From positions 416,454,001 through 416,518,000 of the forward strand of contig OZ024740.1 in assembly GCA_964016885.1 (NCBI GenBank): a stretch of DNA of 64,000 nucleotides. The letters run 5' to 3'. The stretch comes from Eledone cirrhosa. Lineage: Eukaryota. The notes below the pieces were generated by a model. That model searched no databases and was not told the origin of the DNA. It saw nothing but the letters and a program-made list of their open reading frames with translations. Position numbers and translations under genes: made by a program. Of this stretch, positions 1 through 62,800 are shown piece by piece (position 1 is the first letter of the stretch; each line of letters starts with the position of its first letter).

Positions 1-3000
1 TATTACCATACTCATTACACGTTATCACTAAAAGGATATTACCATACTCATTACACTTTATCATTAAAAGGATATTACCATACTCATTACACGTTATCAT
101 TAAAAGGATATTACCATACTCATTACACTTTATCATTAAAAGGATATTACCATACTCATTACACTTTATCATTAAAAGGATATTACCATACTCATTACAC
201 TTTATCATTAAAAGGATATTACCATACTCATTACACGTTATCATTAAAAGGATATTACCATACTCATTACACTTTATCATTAAAAGGATATTACCATACT
301 CATTACACGTTATCATTAAAAGGATATTACCATACTCATTACACTTTATCATTAAAAGGATATTACCATACTCATTACACTCTATCATTAAAAGGATATT
401 ACCATACTCATTACACGTTATCATTAAAAGGATATTACCATACTCATTACACGTTATCATTAAAAGGATATTACCATACTCATTACACTTTATCATTAAA
501 AGGATATTACCATACTCATTACACTTTATCACTAAAAGGATATTACCATACTCATTACACTTTATCACTAAAAGGATATTACCATACTCATTACACTTTA
601 TCACTAAAAGGATTTTACCATACTCATTACACTTTATCATTAAAAGGATATTACCATACTCATTACACTTTATCATTAAAAGGATATTACCATACTCATT
701 ACACTTTATCATTAAAAGGTTATTACCATACTCATTACACTTTATCACTAAAAGGATATTACCATACTCATTACACTTTATCATTAAAAGGATATTACCA
801 TACTCATTACACTTTATCACTAAAAGGATATTACCATACTCATTACACTTTATCACTAAAAGGATATTACCATACTCATTACACTTTATCATTAAAAGGA
901 TATTACCATACTCATTACAGTTTATCACTAAAAGGATATTACCATACTCATTACACTTTATCATTAAAAGGATATTACCATACTCATTACACTTTATCAT
1001 TAAAAGGATATTACCATACTCATTACACTTTATCATTAAAAGGATATTACCATACTCATTACACTTTATCACTAAAAGGATATTACCATACTCATTACAC
1101 TTTATCATTAAAAGGATATTACCATACTCATTACATATTATCATTAAAAGGATATTACCATACTCATTACACGTTATCACTAAAAGGATTTTACCATACT
1201 CTTTACACTTTATCATTAAAAGGATATTACCATACTCATTACACTTTATCATTAAACGGATATTACCATACTCATTACACTTTATCACTAAAAGGATATT
1301 ACCATACTCATTACACTTTATCATTAAAAGGATATTACCATACTCATTACACTTTATCATTTAAAGGATATTACCATACTCATTACACTTTATCACTAAA
1401 AGGATATTACCATACTAATTACACTTTATCACTAAAAGGATATTACCATACTCATTACACTTTATCATTAAAAGGATATTACCATACTCATTACATGTTA
1501 TCACTAAAAGGATATTACCATACTCATTACACGTTATAATTAAAAGGATATTACCATACTCATTCCACTTTATCATTAAAAGGATATTACCATACTCATT
1601 ACACTTTATCATTAAAAGGATATTACCATACTCATTACACGTTATCACTAAAAGGATATTACCATACTCATTACACTTTATCATTAAAAGGATATTACCA
1701 TACTCATTACACGTTATCATTAAAAGGATATTACCATACTCATTACACTTTATCATTAAAAGGATATTACCATACTCATTACACTTTATCATTAAAAGGA
1801 TATTACCATACTCATTACACTTTATCATTAAAAGGATATTACCATACTCATTACACGTTATCATTAAAAGGATATTACCATACTCATTACACTTTATCAT
1901 TAAAAGGATATTACCATACTCATTACACGTTATCATTAAAAGGATATTACCATACTCATTACACTTTATCATTAAAAGGATATTACCATACTCATTACAC
2001 TCTATCATTAAAAGGATATTACCATACTCATTACACGTTATCATTAAAAGGATATTACCATACTCATTACACGTTATCATTAAAAGGATATTACCATACT
2101 CATTACACTTTATCATTAAAAGGATATTACCATACTCATTACACTTTATCACTAAAAGGATATTACCATACTCATTACACTTTATCACTAAAAGGATATT
2201 ACCATACTCATTACACTTTATCATTAAAAGGATATTACCATACTCATTACACTTTATCATTAAAAGGATATTACCATACTCATTACACTTTATCATTAAA
2301 AGGATATTACCATACTCATTACACTTTATCACTAAAAGGATATTACCATACTCATTACACTTTATCACTAAAAGGATATTACCATACTCATTACACTTTA
2401 TCATTAAAAGGATATTACCATACTCATTACACTTTATCATTAAAAGGATATTACCATACTCATTACACTTTATTACTAAAAGGATATTACCATACTCATT
2501 ACACTTTATCACTAAAAGGATATTACCATACTCATTACACTTTATCATTAAAAGGATATTACCATACTCATTACACTTTATCATTAAAAGGATATTACCA
2601 TACTCATTACACTTTATCACTAAAAGGATATTACCATACTCATTACACTTTATCACTAAAAGGATATTACCATACTCATTACACTTTATCATTAAAAGGA
2701 TATTACCATACTAATACACTTTATCACTAAAAGGATATTACCATACTCATTACACTTTATCATTAAAAGGATATTACCATACTCATTACACTTTATCATT
2801 AAAAGGATATTACCATACTCATTACACTTTATCACTAAAAGGATATTACCATACTCATTACACTTTATCACTAAAAGGATATTACCATACTCATTACACT
2901 TTATCACTAAAAGGATATTACCATACTCATTACACTTTATCATTAAAAGGATATTACCATACTCATTACACTTTATCACTAAAAGGATATTACCATACTC

Positions 3001-6000
3001 ATTACACTTTATCACTAAAAGGATATTACCATACTCATTACACTTTATCACTAAAAGGATATTACCATACTCATTACACTTTATCACTAAAAGGATATTA
3101 CCATACTCATTACACTTTATCATTAAAAGGATATTACCATACTCATTACACTTTATCATTAAAAGGATATTACCATACTCATTACACTTTATTACTAAAA
3201 GGATATTACCATACTCATTACACTTTATCACTAAAAGGATATTACCATACTCATTATACTTTATCATTAAAAGGATATTACCATACTCATTACACTTTAT
3301 CATTAAAAGGATATTACCATACTCATTACACTTTATCACTAAAAGGATATTACCATACTCATTACACTTTATCATTAAAAGGATATTACCATACTCATTA
3401 CACTTTAACACTAAAAGGATATTACCATACTCATTACACTTTATCACTAAAAGGATATTACCATACTCATTACACTTTATCACTAAAAGGATATTACCAT
3501 ACTCATTACACTTTATCATTAAAAGGATATTACCATACTCATTACACTTTATCATTAAAAGGCTATTACCATACTCATTACACTTTATCACTAAAAGGAT
3601 ATTACCATACTCATTACACGTTATCATTAAAAGGCTATTACCATACTCATTACACTTTATCATTAAAAGGATATTACCATACTCATTACACTTTATCATT
3701 AAAAGGATATTACCATACTCATTACACTTTATCACTAAAAGGATATTACCATACTCATTACACTTTATCACTAAAAGGATATTACCATACTCATTACACT
3801 TTATCATTAAAAGGATATTACCATACTCATTACACTTTATCATTAAAAGGCTATTACCATACTCATTACACTTTATCACTAAAAGGATATTACCATACTC
3901 ATTACACGTTATCATTAAAAGGATATTACCATACTCATTACACTTTATCACTAAAAGGATTTTACCATACTCATTACACTTTATCATTAAAAGGATATTA
4001 CCATACTCATTACACTTTATCATTAAAAGGATATTACCATACTCATTACACTTTATCATTAAAAGGTTATTACCATACTCATTACACTTTATCACTAAAA
4101 GGATATTACCATACTCATTACACTTTATCATTAAAAGGATATTACCATACTCATTACACTTTATCACTAAAAGGATATTACCATACTCATTACACTTTAT
4201 CACTAAAAGGATATTACCATACTCATTACACTTTATCATTAAAAGGATATTACCATACTCATTACAGTTTATCACTAAAAGGATATTACCATACTCATTA
4301 CACTTTATCATTAAAAGGATATTACCATACTCATTACACATTATCATTAAAAGGATATTACCATACTCATTACACTTTATCATTAAAAGGATATTACCAT
4401 ACTCATTACACTTTATCACTAAAAGGATATTACCATACTCATTACACTTTATCATTAAAAGGATATTACCATACTCATTACATATTATCATTAAAAGGAT
4501 ATTACCATACTCATTACACGTTATCACTAAAAGGATTTTACCATACTCATTACACTTTATCATTAAAAGGATATTACCATACTCATTACACTTTATCATT
4601 AAACGGATATTACCATACTCATTACACTTTATCACTAAAAGGATATTACCATACTCATTACACTTTATCATTAAAAGGATATTACCATACTCATTACACT
4701 TTATCATTTAAAGGATATTACCATACTCATTACACTTTATCACTAAAAGGATATTACCATACTAATTACACTTTATCACTAAAAGGATATTACCATACTC
4801 ATTACACTTTATCATTAAAAGGATATTACCATACTCATTACATGTTATCACTAAAAGGATATTACCATACTCATTACACGTTATAATTAAAAGGATATTA
4901 CCATACTCATTCCACTTTATCATTAAAAGGATATTACCATACTCATTACACTTTATCATTAAAAGGATATTACCATACTCATTACACGTTATCATTAAAA
5001 GGATATTACCATACTCATTACACTTTATCATTAAAAGGATATTACCATACTCATTACACGTTATCATTAAAAGGATATTACCATACTCATTACACTTTAT
5101 CATTAAAAGGATATTACCATACTCATTACACTTTATCATTAAAAGGATATTACCATACTCATTACACTTTATCATTAAAAGGATATTACCATACTCATTA
5201 CACGTTATCATTAAAAGGATATTACCATACTCATTACACTTTATCATTAAAATGATATTACCATACTCATTACACGTTATCATTAAAAGGATATTACCAT
5301 ACTCATTACACTTTATCACTAAAAGGATATTACCATACTCATTACACTTTATCATTAAAAGGATATTACCATACTCATTACACTCTATCATTAAAAGGAT
5401 ATTACCATACTCATTACACGTTATCATTAAAAGGATATTACCATACTCATTACACGTTATCATTAAAAGGATATTACCATACTCATTACACTTTATCATT
5501 AAAAGGATATTACCATACTCATTACACGTTATAATTAAAAGGATATTACCATACTCATTACACTTTATCATTAAAAGGATATTACCATACTCATTACACT
5601 TTATCACTAAAAGGATATTACCATACTCATTACACTTTATCATTAAAAGGATATTACCATACTCATTACACTTTATCATTAAAAGGATATTACCATACTC
5701 ATTACATGTTATCACTAAAAGGATATTACCATACTCATTACACGTTATAATTAAAAGGATATTACCATACTCATTACACTTTATCATTAAAAGGATATTA
5801 CCATACTCATTACACTTTATCATTAAAAGGATATTACCATACTCATTACACGTTATCATTAAAAGGATATTACCATACTCATTACACTTTATCATTAAAA
5901 GGATATTACCATACTCATTACACGTTATCATTAAAAGGATATTACCATACTCATTACACTTTATCATTAAAAGGATATTACCATACTCATTACACGTTAT

Positions 6001-6458
6001 CATTAAAAGGATATTACCATACTCATTACACTTTATCACTAAAAGGATATTACCATACTCATTACACTTTATCATTAAAAGGATATTACCATACTCATTA
6101 CACTTTATCATTAAAAGGATATTACCATACTCATTACACGTTATCATTAAAAGGATATTACCATACTCATTACACGTTATCATTAAAAGGATATTACCAT
6201 ACTCATTACACTTTATCATTAAAAGGATATTACCATACTCATTACACTTTATCATTAAAAGGATATTACCATACTCATTACACGTTATCACTAAAAGGAT
6301 ATTACCATACTCATTACACTTTATCACTAAAAGGCTATTACCATACTCATTACACGTTATCATTAAAAGGATATTACCATACTCATTACACGTTATCATT
6401 AAAAGGATATTTCTATACTCATTACACGTTATCATTAAAAGGATATTACCATACTCAT
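1..6458. repeat. 36-bp satellite array (about 179 units, runs off the left edge)
   Basis: Unit TATTACCATACTCATTACAC(T/G)TTATCA(T/C)TAAAAGGA repeated head to tail with no spacers. Confidence 0.98.
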
Positions 6459-6461
6459 GTG

Positions 6462-6572
6462 CTATCATACACTGTTTACTTTCCTGACTTATGTACATCA
6501 TTCTATGTACTATACATTATATGTGCACCTTTGATGAGTTGTAGTGCACCTGAGCACTGTACAGAATAATTT
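6462..6572 (+). mobile_element. CR1-like LINE 3' UTR fragment
   Basis: Matches the 3' UTR at 11790-11895 (ctatgtacta...tttgatgagttgtagtgcacctgagcactgtac). Confidence 0.75.
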
Positions 6573-6573
6573 T

Positions 6574-7132
6574 CCCAACCCTCTCCAGGTCTGTGCACAG
6601 AAGATTTCATCCAGGGAAGGATAGACAGTAGAAGAAAGGAAGTGAGAAAAAGATATAGAGGAATAAATGACCCCAGTACTAAACTGGTACTTTTTTATTG
6701 ACCTCAAAAGAATGAAAGGCAAAGTTGACCTCGGCAGGATTTAAACTCAGAGAGGAGAGAGCTATAACAAATACCACAGAGCATTTTATAATAATAATAA
6801 TAATTGTTTCTACTTTTAGCACAAGGCCAGCAATTATCCAGTGTATTACTGGTACTTTATTACACTGGGTAATTGCTGGCCTTGTGCCAAAAGTAGAAAC
6901 AATTATTATTATTATTATAAAATGCTCTGTGGTATTTGTTATAGCTCTCTCCTCTCTGAGTTTAAATCCTGCCGAGGTCAACTTTGCCTTTCATTCTTTT
7001 GAGGTCAATAAAAAAGTACCAGTTTAGTACTGGGGTCATTTCTTCCTCTATATCTCTTTCTCACTTCTTTTCTTCTACTGTCTATCCTTCCCTGGATGAA
7101 ATCTTCTGTGCACAGACCTGGAGAGGGATGGG
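6574..7132. repeat. Long near-perfect inverted repeat (about 270-bp arms, about 15-nt spacer) containing SINE fragments
   Basis: 6574-6845 is the reverse complement of 6861-7132 with a handful of mismatches; ORFs 6679..6981(-) and 6725..7027(+) are near-identical. Confidence 0.97.
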
Positions 7133-7822
7133 CTCCACCAGGCTTGAAAATGCCCAAGAAAACACTGTATGCCACTACAGTGCCGCTATGACTCCACCAG
7201 GAGTTAAGGGGCCTCACTATACCATGTATTTTGCTCTCCATAGTAAAAATAAAACCCACCTTTTTCATATTATAGTGATTTTCTAGTTTCTCTTACTATT
7301 CAACTTTATTTTCTGATAAAAGTTCTCCTAAGTTTTCTTGCTATCATTCCTTTGAGAAGATTTGAAAAGCAGAAGAAATATGGTGGTTTAAATAAATATA
7401 TGTGCTGATGACGAAGGAACGTGGCAAGTGGAGAGATGCTGTGCTGAAAAAGACGCATCCAACCCATGCAAGTATGGGAAAACAGACGTAAAAATGATGA
7501 TGATGGCAACAACATCATTATCTTCATCACCATTTAACATCTTATTTTCCATGCTTGCATGGGTCTGATGGGGTGTCCATGCTATGAGGCAAGTGTGGCC
7601 ATTTGGCTGCGCTGGTCCTTGCTCAAACGTGACTGTATTTTGGCTGATGTATTACTGGTACTTTATTTATCGACCCCATATTTTGGCTGTTGTTTTTACA
7701 GCTGTATACAACATATTTTAATTAGTTTTCTTTTTTCATGGCGCCATTTATAAAATACACTTTGAAGTAACTATACATTAATTTAGATGTGTTCAAATTT
7801 TCATATATGAACATCTATCTAT

Positions 7823-8125
7823 CTAGGGCGGGTAAAATTCTCGAGATCCATGGACAAGTTCTCTCCAGCGGTCTCTGTCCCTCATTATCGCTGTCATGTC
7901 CTGTGTCTCCAAGAAACCAGTGTCTGTCCTTAGGGAATCAACATATGTTAACCTCGGTCTTCCTCTTCCAGTGTGCCCATGCAGGGGCTCCCACAGGAGC
8001 ACTGAGTGCAGTGTCAACTCTGGATGTTGGTGAGCATGTCCAGATAACCTCAGTCTCCTCTGTGCTACTCTTAAGCTGACTTTGAGAGGCTCCCGTACAG
8101 CTCTGAGTTCACCCTCAGTGTACAT
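7823..8125 (-). mobile_element. RTE-clade LINE 3' fragment
   Basis: QRRLRLSGH...LLWEPLHG...GRGRPRLTYVD...MRDRDRWR, typical RTE C-terminus. Confidence 0.8.
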
Positions 8126-8173
8126 GAACATAAATAAACATATTATTTAGAAAACAAACCAAATTTTACTTAC

Positions 8174-56204
<48,031 letters not shown>

Positions 56205-56312
56205 CTAAAATGTAAAAAAAGTAAATATTATGGAGTGTTTAATATGTTTTCTATAAAACTCTTGATTTCTAATTTAGGCAGAAGGCCTTCAATTTTTGTT
56301 ACTATATAAGTT

Positions 56313-56462
56313 AGATTGGCAGTATCGGTAGAGGGTTTGATGCCATGCTTTGCAGCAAAGAGTTACGGCCCTTTATGATCTGAGTTCAAATCCCGCTGAG
56401 GAGGTTAACTTTGCCTTTCATCCTTACGGGGCTATAAAATAAAGTACCAGTAATACACTGGA
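56313..56462 (+). mobile_element. tRNA-derived SINE (family 1), partial
   Basis: gattggcagtatcggtagag...gagttcaaatccc...aaagtaccagtaatacactgg. Confidence 0.8.
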
Positions 56463-56800
56463 ACAATTTTCGTTACTTTATTCTATCGATTTGGGAAAAT
56501 GCAAAGTTTACCTTGATGCGATTAGAAGTAATAATGTAAAGTCTAGTCTAAATGGAGGCTCATCAGGTTAGTGCTTATCCCAGTTACCATAGTGTGAAGT
56601 GATCAAAAATATGAGACTCAGCCCTGGATAGGATGACAGTCCATCGCAGGGTTAAACCCCCAGCTATTGCGGGAACTAATTTTCTGCTGAGTATATTGGA
56701 GCAACATGAAATGAAGTGTTTTGCTCAAGAACACAATGTGCAACCCAGCCCAGGAATTGAACACAACATTATGATCATTAGTCCATCACCCTTACCACTA

Positions 56801-59800
56801 GGTATTGTTGGAGAGGTAGTGTTGGTGAAGGAGAGGTATTGTTGGAGAGGTAATCTTGGTGAAGGAGAGGTATTGTTGGAGAGGTAGTGTTGGTGAAGGA
56901 GAGGTATTGTTGGAGAGGTAGTGTTGGTGAAGGAAGGGTATTGTTGGAGAGGTAGTGTTGGTGAAGGAGAGGTATTATTGGAGAGGTAGTGTTGGTGAAG
57001 GAGGGGTATTGTTGGAGAGGTAATCTTGGTGAAGGAGAGATATTGTTGGAGAGGTAGTGTTGGTGAAGGAGAGGTATTGTTGGAGAGGTAGTGTTGATGA
57101 AGGAGAGGTAGTGTTGGTGAAAGAGAGGTGTTGTTGGAGAGGTAGTGTTGGTGAAGGAGAGGTATTGTTGGAGAGGTAGTGTTGGTTAAGGAGAGTTAGT
57201 GTTGGTGAAGGAGAGGTAGTATTGGTGAAGGAGAGGTGTTGTTGGAGAAGTAGTGTTGGTGAAGGAGAGGTATTGTTGGAGAGGTAGTGTTGGTGAAGGA
57301 GAGCTTGTGTTGGCGAAGGAGAGGTATTGGTGGAGAGGTAGAGTTGGCGAAGGAGAGGTATTGTTGGAGAGGTATTGTTGGTGAAGGAGAGGTATTGTTG
57401 GAGAGGTTGTGTTGGTGAAGGAGAGGTATTATTAGAGAGGTAGTGTTGGTGAAGAAGAGGTATTGTTGGAGAGGTAGTGTTGGTGAAGGAGAGGTATTGT
57501 TGGAGAGGTAGAGTTAGTGAAGGAGAGGTATTGTTGGAAAGGTAGTGTTGGTGGAGGAGTGGTTGTGTTGGCGAAGGAGAGGTATTGTTGGAGAGATAGT
57601 GTTGGTGAAGGAGAGGTAGTGTTGGTGAAAGAGAGGTGTTGTTGGAGAGGTAGTGTTGGTGAAGGAGAGGTATTGTTGGAGAGGTAGTGTTGGTTAAGGA
57701 GAGTTAGTGTTGGTGAAGGAGAGGTAGTGTTGGTGAAGGAGAGGTGTTGTTGGAGAGGTAGTGTTGGTGAAGGAGAGGTATTGTTGGTGAAGGAGAGCTT
57801 GTGTTGGCGAAGGAGAGGTATTGTTGGAGAGGTAGAGTTGGCGAAGGAGAGGTATTGTTGGAGAGGTAGAGTTGGCGAAGGAGAGGTATTGTTGGAGAGG
57901 TAGTGTTGGTGAAGGAGAGGTATTGTTGAAGAGGTAGTGTTGGTGAAGGAGAGGTATTGTTGGAGAGGTAGAGTTGGTGAAGGAGAAGTATTATTGGAGA
58001 GGTAGTGTTGGTGAAGGAGAGGTAGTGTTGGTGTAGGAGAGGTATTGTTGGAGAAGGAGAGGTATTATTGAAGAAGTAGTGTTGGTGAAGGAGAGGTAGT
58101 GTTGGAGAGGTAGTATTGGTGAAAGAGAGGTACTGTTGTAGATGGCAAGGTATTGTTGGAGAGGTAGTGTTGGCGAAGGAGAGGTAGTGTTGGAGAAGGA
58201 GAGGTATTATTGGAGAGGTTGTGTTGATGAAGGAAAGGTGGTGTTGGAACGATAGTGTTGGTGAAGGAGAGGTAGTGTTGGTGAAGGAAAGGTATTATTG
58301 GAGAGGTAGTGTTGCTGAAGTAAAGGTATTGTTGGAGAGGTAGTGTTAGTGAAGGAAAGGTATTGTTGGAGAGGTAGTGTTAGTGAAGGAAAGGTATTGT
58401 TGGAGAGGTAGTGTTAGTGAAGGAAAGGTATTGTTGGAGAGGTAGTGTTGGTGAAGGAGAGATATTGTTGGAGAGGTAGTGTTGGTGAAGGAGAAGTATT
58501 GTTGGAGAGGTAGTTTGGGTGAAGGAGAGGTATTTTTGGAGAGGTAGTGTTGGTGAAGGAGAGGTATTGTTGGAGAGGTAGTGTTGGTGAAGGAGAGGTA
58601 TTGTTGGAGAGGTAGTGTTGGTGAATGAGAGGTATTGTTTGAGAAGTAGTGTTGGTGAAGGAGAGGTATTATTGGAGAGGTAGTGTTGGTGAAGGAGAGG
58701 TTGTGTTGGTAAAGGAGAGGTATTGTTGGAGAGGTAGTGTTGGTGAAAAGAGGTATCATTGGAGAGGTAGTGTTGGAGATGTAGTGTTGGTGAAGGAGTG
58801 GTATTGTTGGAGAGGTAGTGTTGGTGAAGGAGAGGTATTATTGGAGAGGTAGTGTTGGTGAAGGAGAGGTTGTGTTGCTGAAGGAGAGGTATTGTTGGAG
58901 AGGTAGAGTTGGTTAAAGAGAGTTAGTTTTGGTGAAGGAGTGGTAGTGTTGGTGTAGGAGAGGTATTGTTGGAGTGGTGGTGTTGGTGAAGGAGAGGTAT
59001 TGTTGATGAGGGAGAGGTAGTGTTGGTGTAGGAGAGGTATTGTTGGAGAAGGAGAGGTATTATTGGAGAACTAGTGTTGCTGAAGGAGCGGTAGTGTTGG
59101 AGAGGTAGTGGTGGTGAAGGGGAGGTAGTGTTGGTGAAAGAGAGGTGTTGTTGGAGAGGTAGTGTTGGTGAAGGAGAGGTATTGTTGGAGAGGTAGTGTT
59201 GGTTAAGGAGAGTTAATGTTGGTGAAGGAGAAGTAGTGTTGGTGAAGGAGAGGTGTTGGTGGAGAGGTAGTGTTGGTGAAGGAGAGGTATTGTTGGAGAG
59301 GTAGTATTGGTGAAGGAGAGCTTGTGTTGGCGAAGGAGAGGTATTGGTGGAGAGGTAGAGTTGGCGAAGGAGAGGTATTGTTGGAGAGGTAGAATTGGTG
59401 AAGAAGGGGTATTGTTGGAGAGGTAGTGTTGGTGAAGGAGAGGTATTGTTGGAGAAGTAGTGTTGGTGAAGGAGAGGTATTGTTGGAGAGGTAGAGTTGG
59501 CGAAGAAGAGGTATTGTTGGAGAGGTAGTGTTGGTGAAGGGGAGTTATAGTTGGAGAGGTAGAGTTGGTGAAGGAGAAGTATTATTGGAGAGGTAGTGTT
59601 GGTAAAGGAGAGGTATTGTTGGAGAGGTAGAGTTGGTGAAGGAGAAGTATTATTGGAGAGGTAGTGTTGGTAAAGGAGAGGTATTGTTGGAGAGGTAGAG
59701 TTGGTAAAGGAGAGTTAGTATTGGTGAAGGAGAGGTAGTGTTGGTGAAGGAGAGGTGTTGTTGGAGAGGTAGAGTTGGTGAAGGAGAGGTATTGTTGGAG

Positions 59801-62800
59801 AGGTAGTGTTGGTTAAGGAGAGTTAGTGTTGGTGAAGGAGAGGTAGTGTTGGTGAAGGAGAGGTGTTGTTGGAAAGGTAGTGTTGGTGAAGGAGAGGTAT
59901 TGTTGGAGAGGTAGTGTTGGTGAAGGAGAGGTATTGTTGGAGAGGTAGAGTTGGTGAAGGAGAGGTATTGTTGGAGAGGTAGAGTTGGTGAAGGAGAGGT
60001 ATTGTTGGAGAGGTAGTGTTGGTGAAGGAGAGGCATTGTTGGAGAGGTAGTGTTGGTGAAGGAGAGGTATTGTTGGAGAGGTATTGTTGGCGAAGGAGAG
60101 GTATTGTTGGAGAGGTAGTGTTGGTTAAGGAGAGTTAGTGTTGGTGAAGGAGAGGTAGTGTTGGCGAAGGAGAGGTATTGTTGGAGAGATAGAGTTGGCG
60201 AAGGAGAGGTATTGTTGGAGAGGTAGAGTTGGTGAAGGAGAGGTATTGTTGGAGAGGTAGTGTTGGTGAAGGAGAGGCATTTTTGGAGAGGTAGTGTTGG
60301 TGAAGGAGAGGTATTGTTGGAGAGGTATTGTTGGAGAAGTAGTGTTGGTGAAGGAGAGGTATTATTGGAGAGGTAGTGTTGGTGAAGGAGAGTTTGTCTT
60401 GGTAAAGAAGAAGTATTGTTGGAGAGGTAGTGTTGGTGTTGGAAAGGCATCATTGGAGAGGTAGTGTTGGAGAGGTAGTGCTGGTGAAGGAGAAGTATTG
60501 TTGGAGAGGTAGTGTTGGTGGAGGAGTGTTTGTGTTGGCTAAGGAGAGGTATTGTTGGAGAGTTAGTGTTGGTGAAGGAGAGGTAGTGTTGGTGAAAGAG
60601 AGGTGTTGTTGGAGAGGTAGCATTGGCGAAGGAGAGGTATTGTTGGAGAAGTATGGTTGGTGAAGGAGAGGTATTGTTGGAGAGGTAGTGTTGGTGAAGG
60701 AGAGGTATTGTTGGAGAGGTAGAATTGGTGAAGGAGAGGTATTGTTGGAGAGGTAGAGTTGGTGAAGGAGACGTATTGTTGGAGAAGTAGTGTTGGCAAA
60801 GGAGAAGTATTGTTGGAGAGGTAGTGTTGGTGAAGGAGAGGTATCATTGGAGAGGTAGTGTTGGAGATGTAGTGTTGGTGAATGTGTGGTATTGTTGGAG
60901 ATGTAGTGTTAGTGAAGGAGAGGTAGTGTTGGTGTAGGAGAGCTAGTGTTGGTGTAGAGGAGGTATTGTTAGAGAGGCAGTGTTGGTGAAGGAGAGGTAG
61001 TGTTGGTGAAGGAGAGCTAGTGTTGGCGAAGGAGAGATATTGTTGGAGAAGTAGAGTTGGTGAAGGAGAGGTAGTGTTGGTGAAGGAGAAGTATAGTTGG
61101 AGAGGTAGAGTTGGTGAAGGAGAAGTAGTGTTGGTTTAGGAAAGGTATTGTTAGAGAGGAAGTGTTGGTGAAGAAAAGGTATTGTTGGAGAGGTAGTGTT
61201 GGTGAAGGAGAGGTAGTGTGGGAGAGGTAGTGTTGGTGAAGGAGAGGTATTGTTGGAGAGCTAATCTTGTTTAAGGAGAGGTATTGTTGGAGATGTAGTG
61301 TTGGTGAAGTAGAGGCATCATTGGAGAGGTAGTGTTGGAGAGGTAGTGTTGGTGAAGATGTGGTATTGTTGGAGAGGTAGTGTTGGGGTAGGAGAATTAT
61401 TGTTGGAGAGGTAGTGTTGATGGAGGAGTGGTTGTGTTGGCGAAGGAGAAGTATTGTTGGAGAGTTAGTGTTGGTGAAGGGGAGGTAGTGTTGGTGAAAG
61501 AGAGGTGTTGTTGGAGAGGTAGTGTTGGTTAAGGAGAGTTAAAGTTGGTGAAGGCGAGGTAGTGTTGGTGAAGGAGAGGTGTTGGTGGAGAGGTAGTGTT
61601 GGTGAAGGAGAGGTATTGTTGGAGAGGTAGTATTGGTGAAGGAGAGCTTGTGTTGGCAAAGGAGAGGTATTGGTGGAGAGATAGAGTTGGCGAAGGAGAG
61701 GTATTGTTGGAGAGGTAGAATAGGTGAAGGAGAGGTATTGTTGGAGAGTTAGTGTTGGTGAAGGAGAGGTAGTGTTGGTGAAGGGGAAGTAATGTTTGAG
61801 AGATAGTGTTAGTGAAGGAGAGGTATTATTGGAGAGGTAGTGTTGGTGAAGGAGAGGTATTGTTAGAGAGGTAGTGATGGTGAAGGAGAGGTAGTGTTGG
61901 TGAAGGGGAGGTATTGTTTGAGATATAGTGTTGGTGAAGGAGAGGTATTGTTGGAGAGGTAGTGTTGGTGAAGGAGAGTTATTGTTAGAGAGGTAGTGAT
62001 GGTGAAGGAGAGGTATTATTGGAGAGGTAGTGTTGGTGAAGGAGAGGTATTGTTGTAGAGGCAGTGTTGGTGAAGGAGAGGTATTGTTGGAGAAGTACTG
62101 TTCGTGAAGGAGAGGTATTATTGGAGAGGTAGTGTTGGTGAAGGAGAGGTTGTGTTGGTAAAGGAGAGGTATTGTTGGAGAGGTAGTGTTGGTGAAAGAG
62201 AGGTATCATTGGAGAGGTAGTGTTGGTGAAGGTGTGGTATTGTTGGAGAGGTAGTGTTGGTGAAGGAGAGCTATTGTTGGAGATGTTGTGTTGGTGAAGG
62301 AGAGGTATTATTGGAGAGGTAGTGTTGATGAAGGAGAGGTTGTGTTGCCGAAGGAGAGGTATTGTTGGAGAGGTAGAGTTGGTTAAAGAGATTTAGTTTT
62401 GGTGAAGGAGAGGTAGTGTTGGTGTAGGAGACGTATTGTTGGAGAGGTGGTGTTGGTGAAGGAGAGGTAGTGTTGATGAAGGAGAGGTAGTGTTGGTGTA
62501 GGAGAGGTATTGTTGGAGAAGGAGAGGTATTATTGGAGAGCTAGTGTTGCTGAAGGAGCGGTAGTGTTGGAGAGGTAGTGGTGGTGAAGGAGAGGTAGTG
62601 TTGTAGAGGGAGAGGTATTTTTGGAGAGGTAGTGTTGGTGAAGGAGAGGTAGTGTTGGATAAGGAGAGGTATTGCTGGAGAGGTAGTTTTGGTGAAGGAG
62701 AGGTGTTGGTGGAGAGGTAGTGTTGGTGAAGGAGAGGTATTGTTGGAGAGGTAATATTGGTGAAGGAGAGCTTGTGTTGGCGAAGGAGAGGTATTGGTGG

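Noticed and set aside
1-6458. CRISPR array, or repeat protein (NEYGNILLMIKC)n
   Set aside because: The 36-bp units are contiguous with no unique spacers, there are no cas genes and the context is eukaryotic. The long ORFs arise because the unit is a stop-free multiple of 3; frames are open on both strands and broken by a frameshift and stops.
7240-7400. Penultimate LBP/BPI exon expected after 8174
   Set aside because: No phase-1 exon with a G-x-P-L-P-like motif was found between 6460 and 8170; candidate frames hit stops, so the exon probably lies left of the window.
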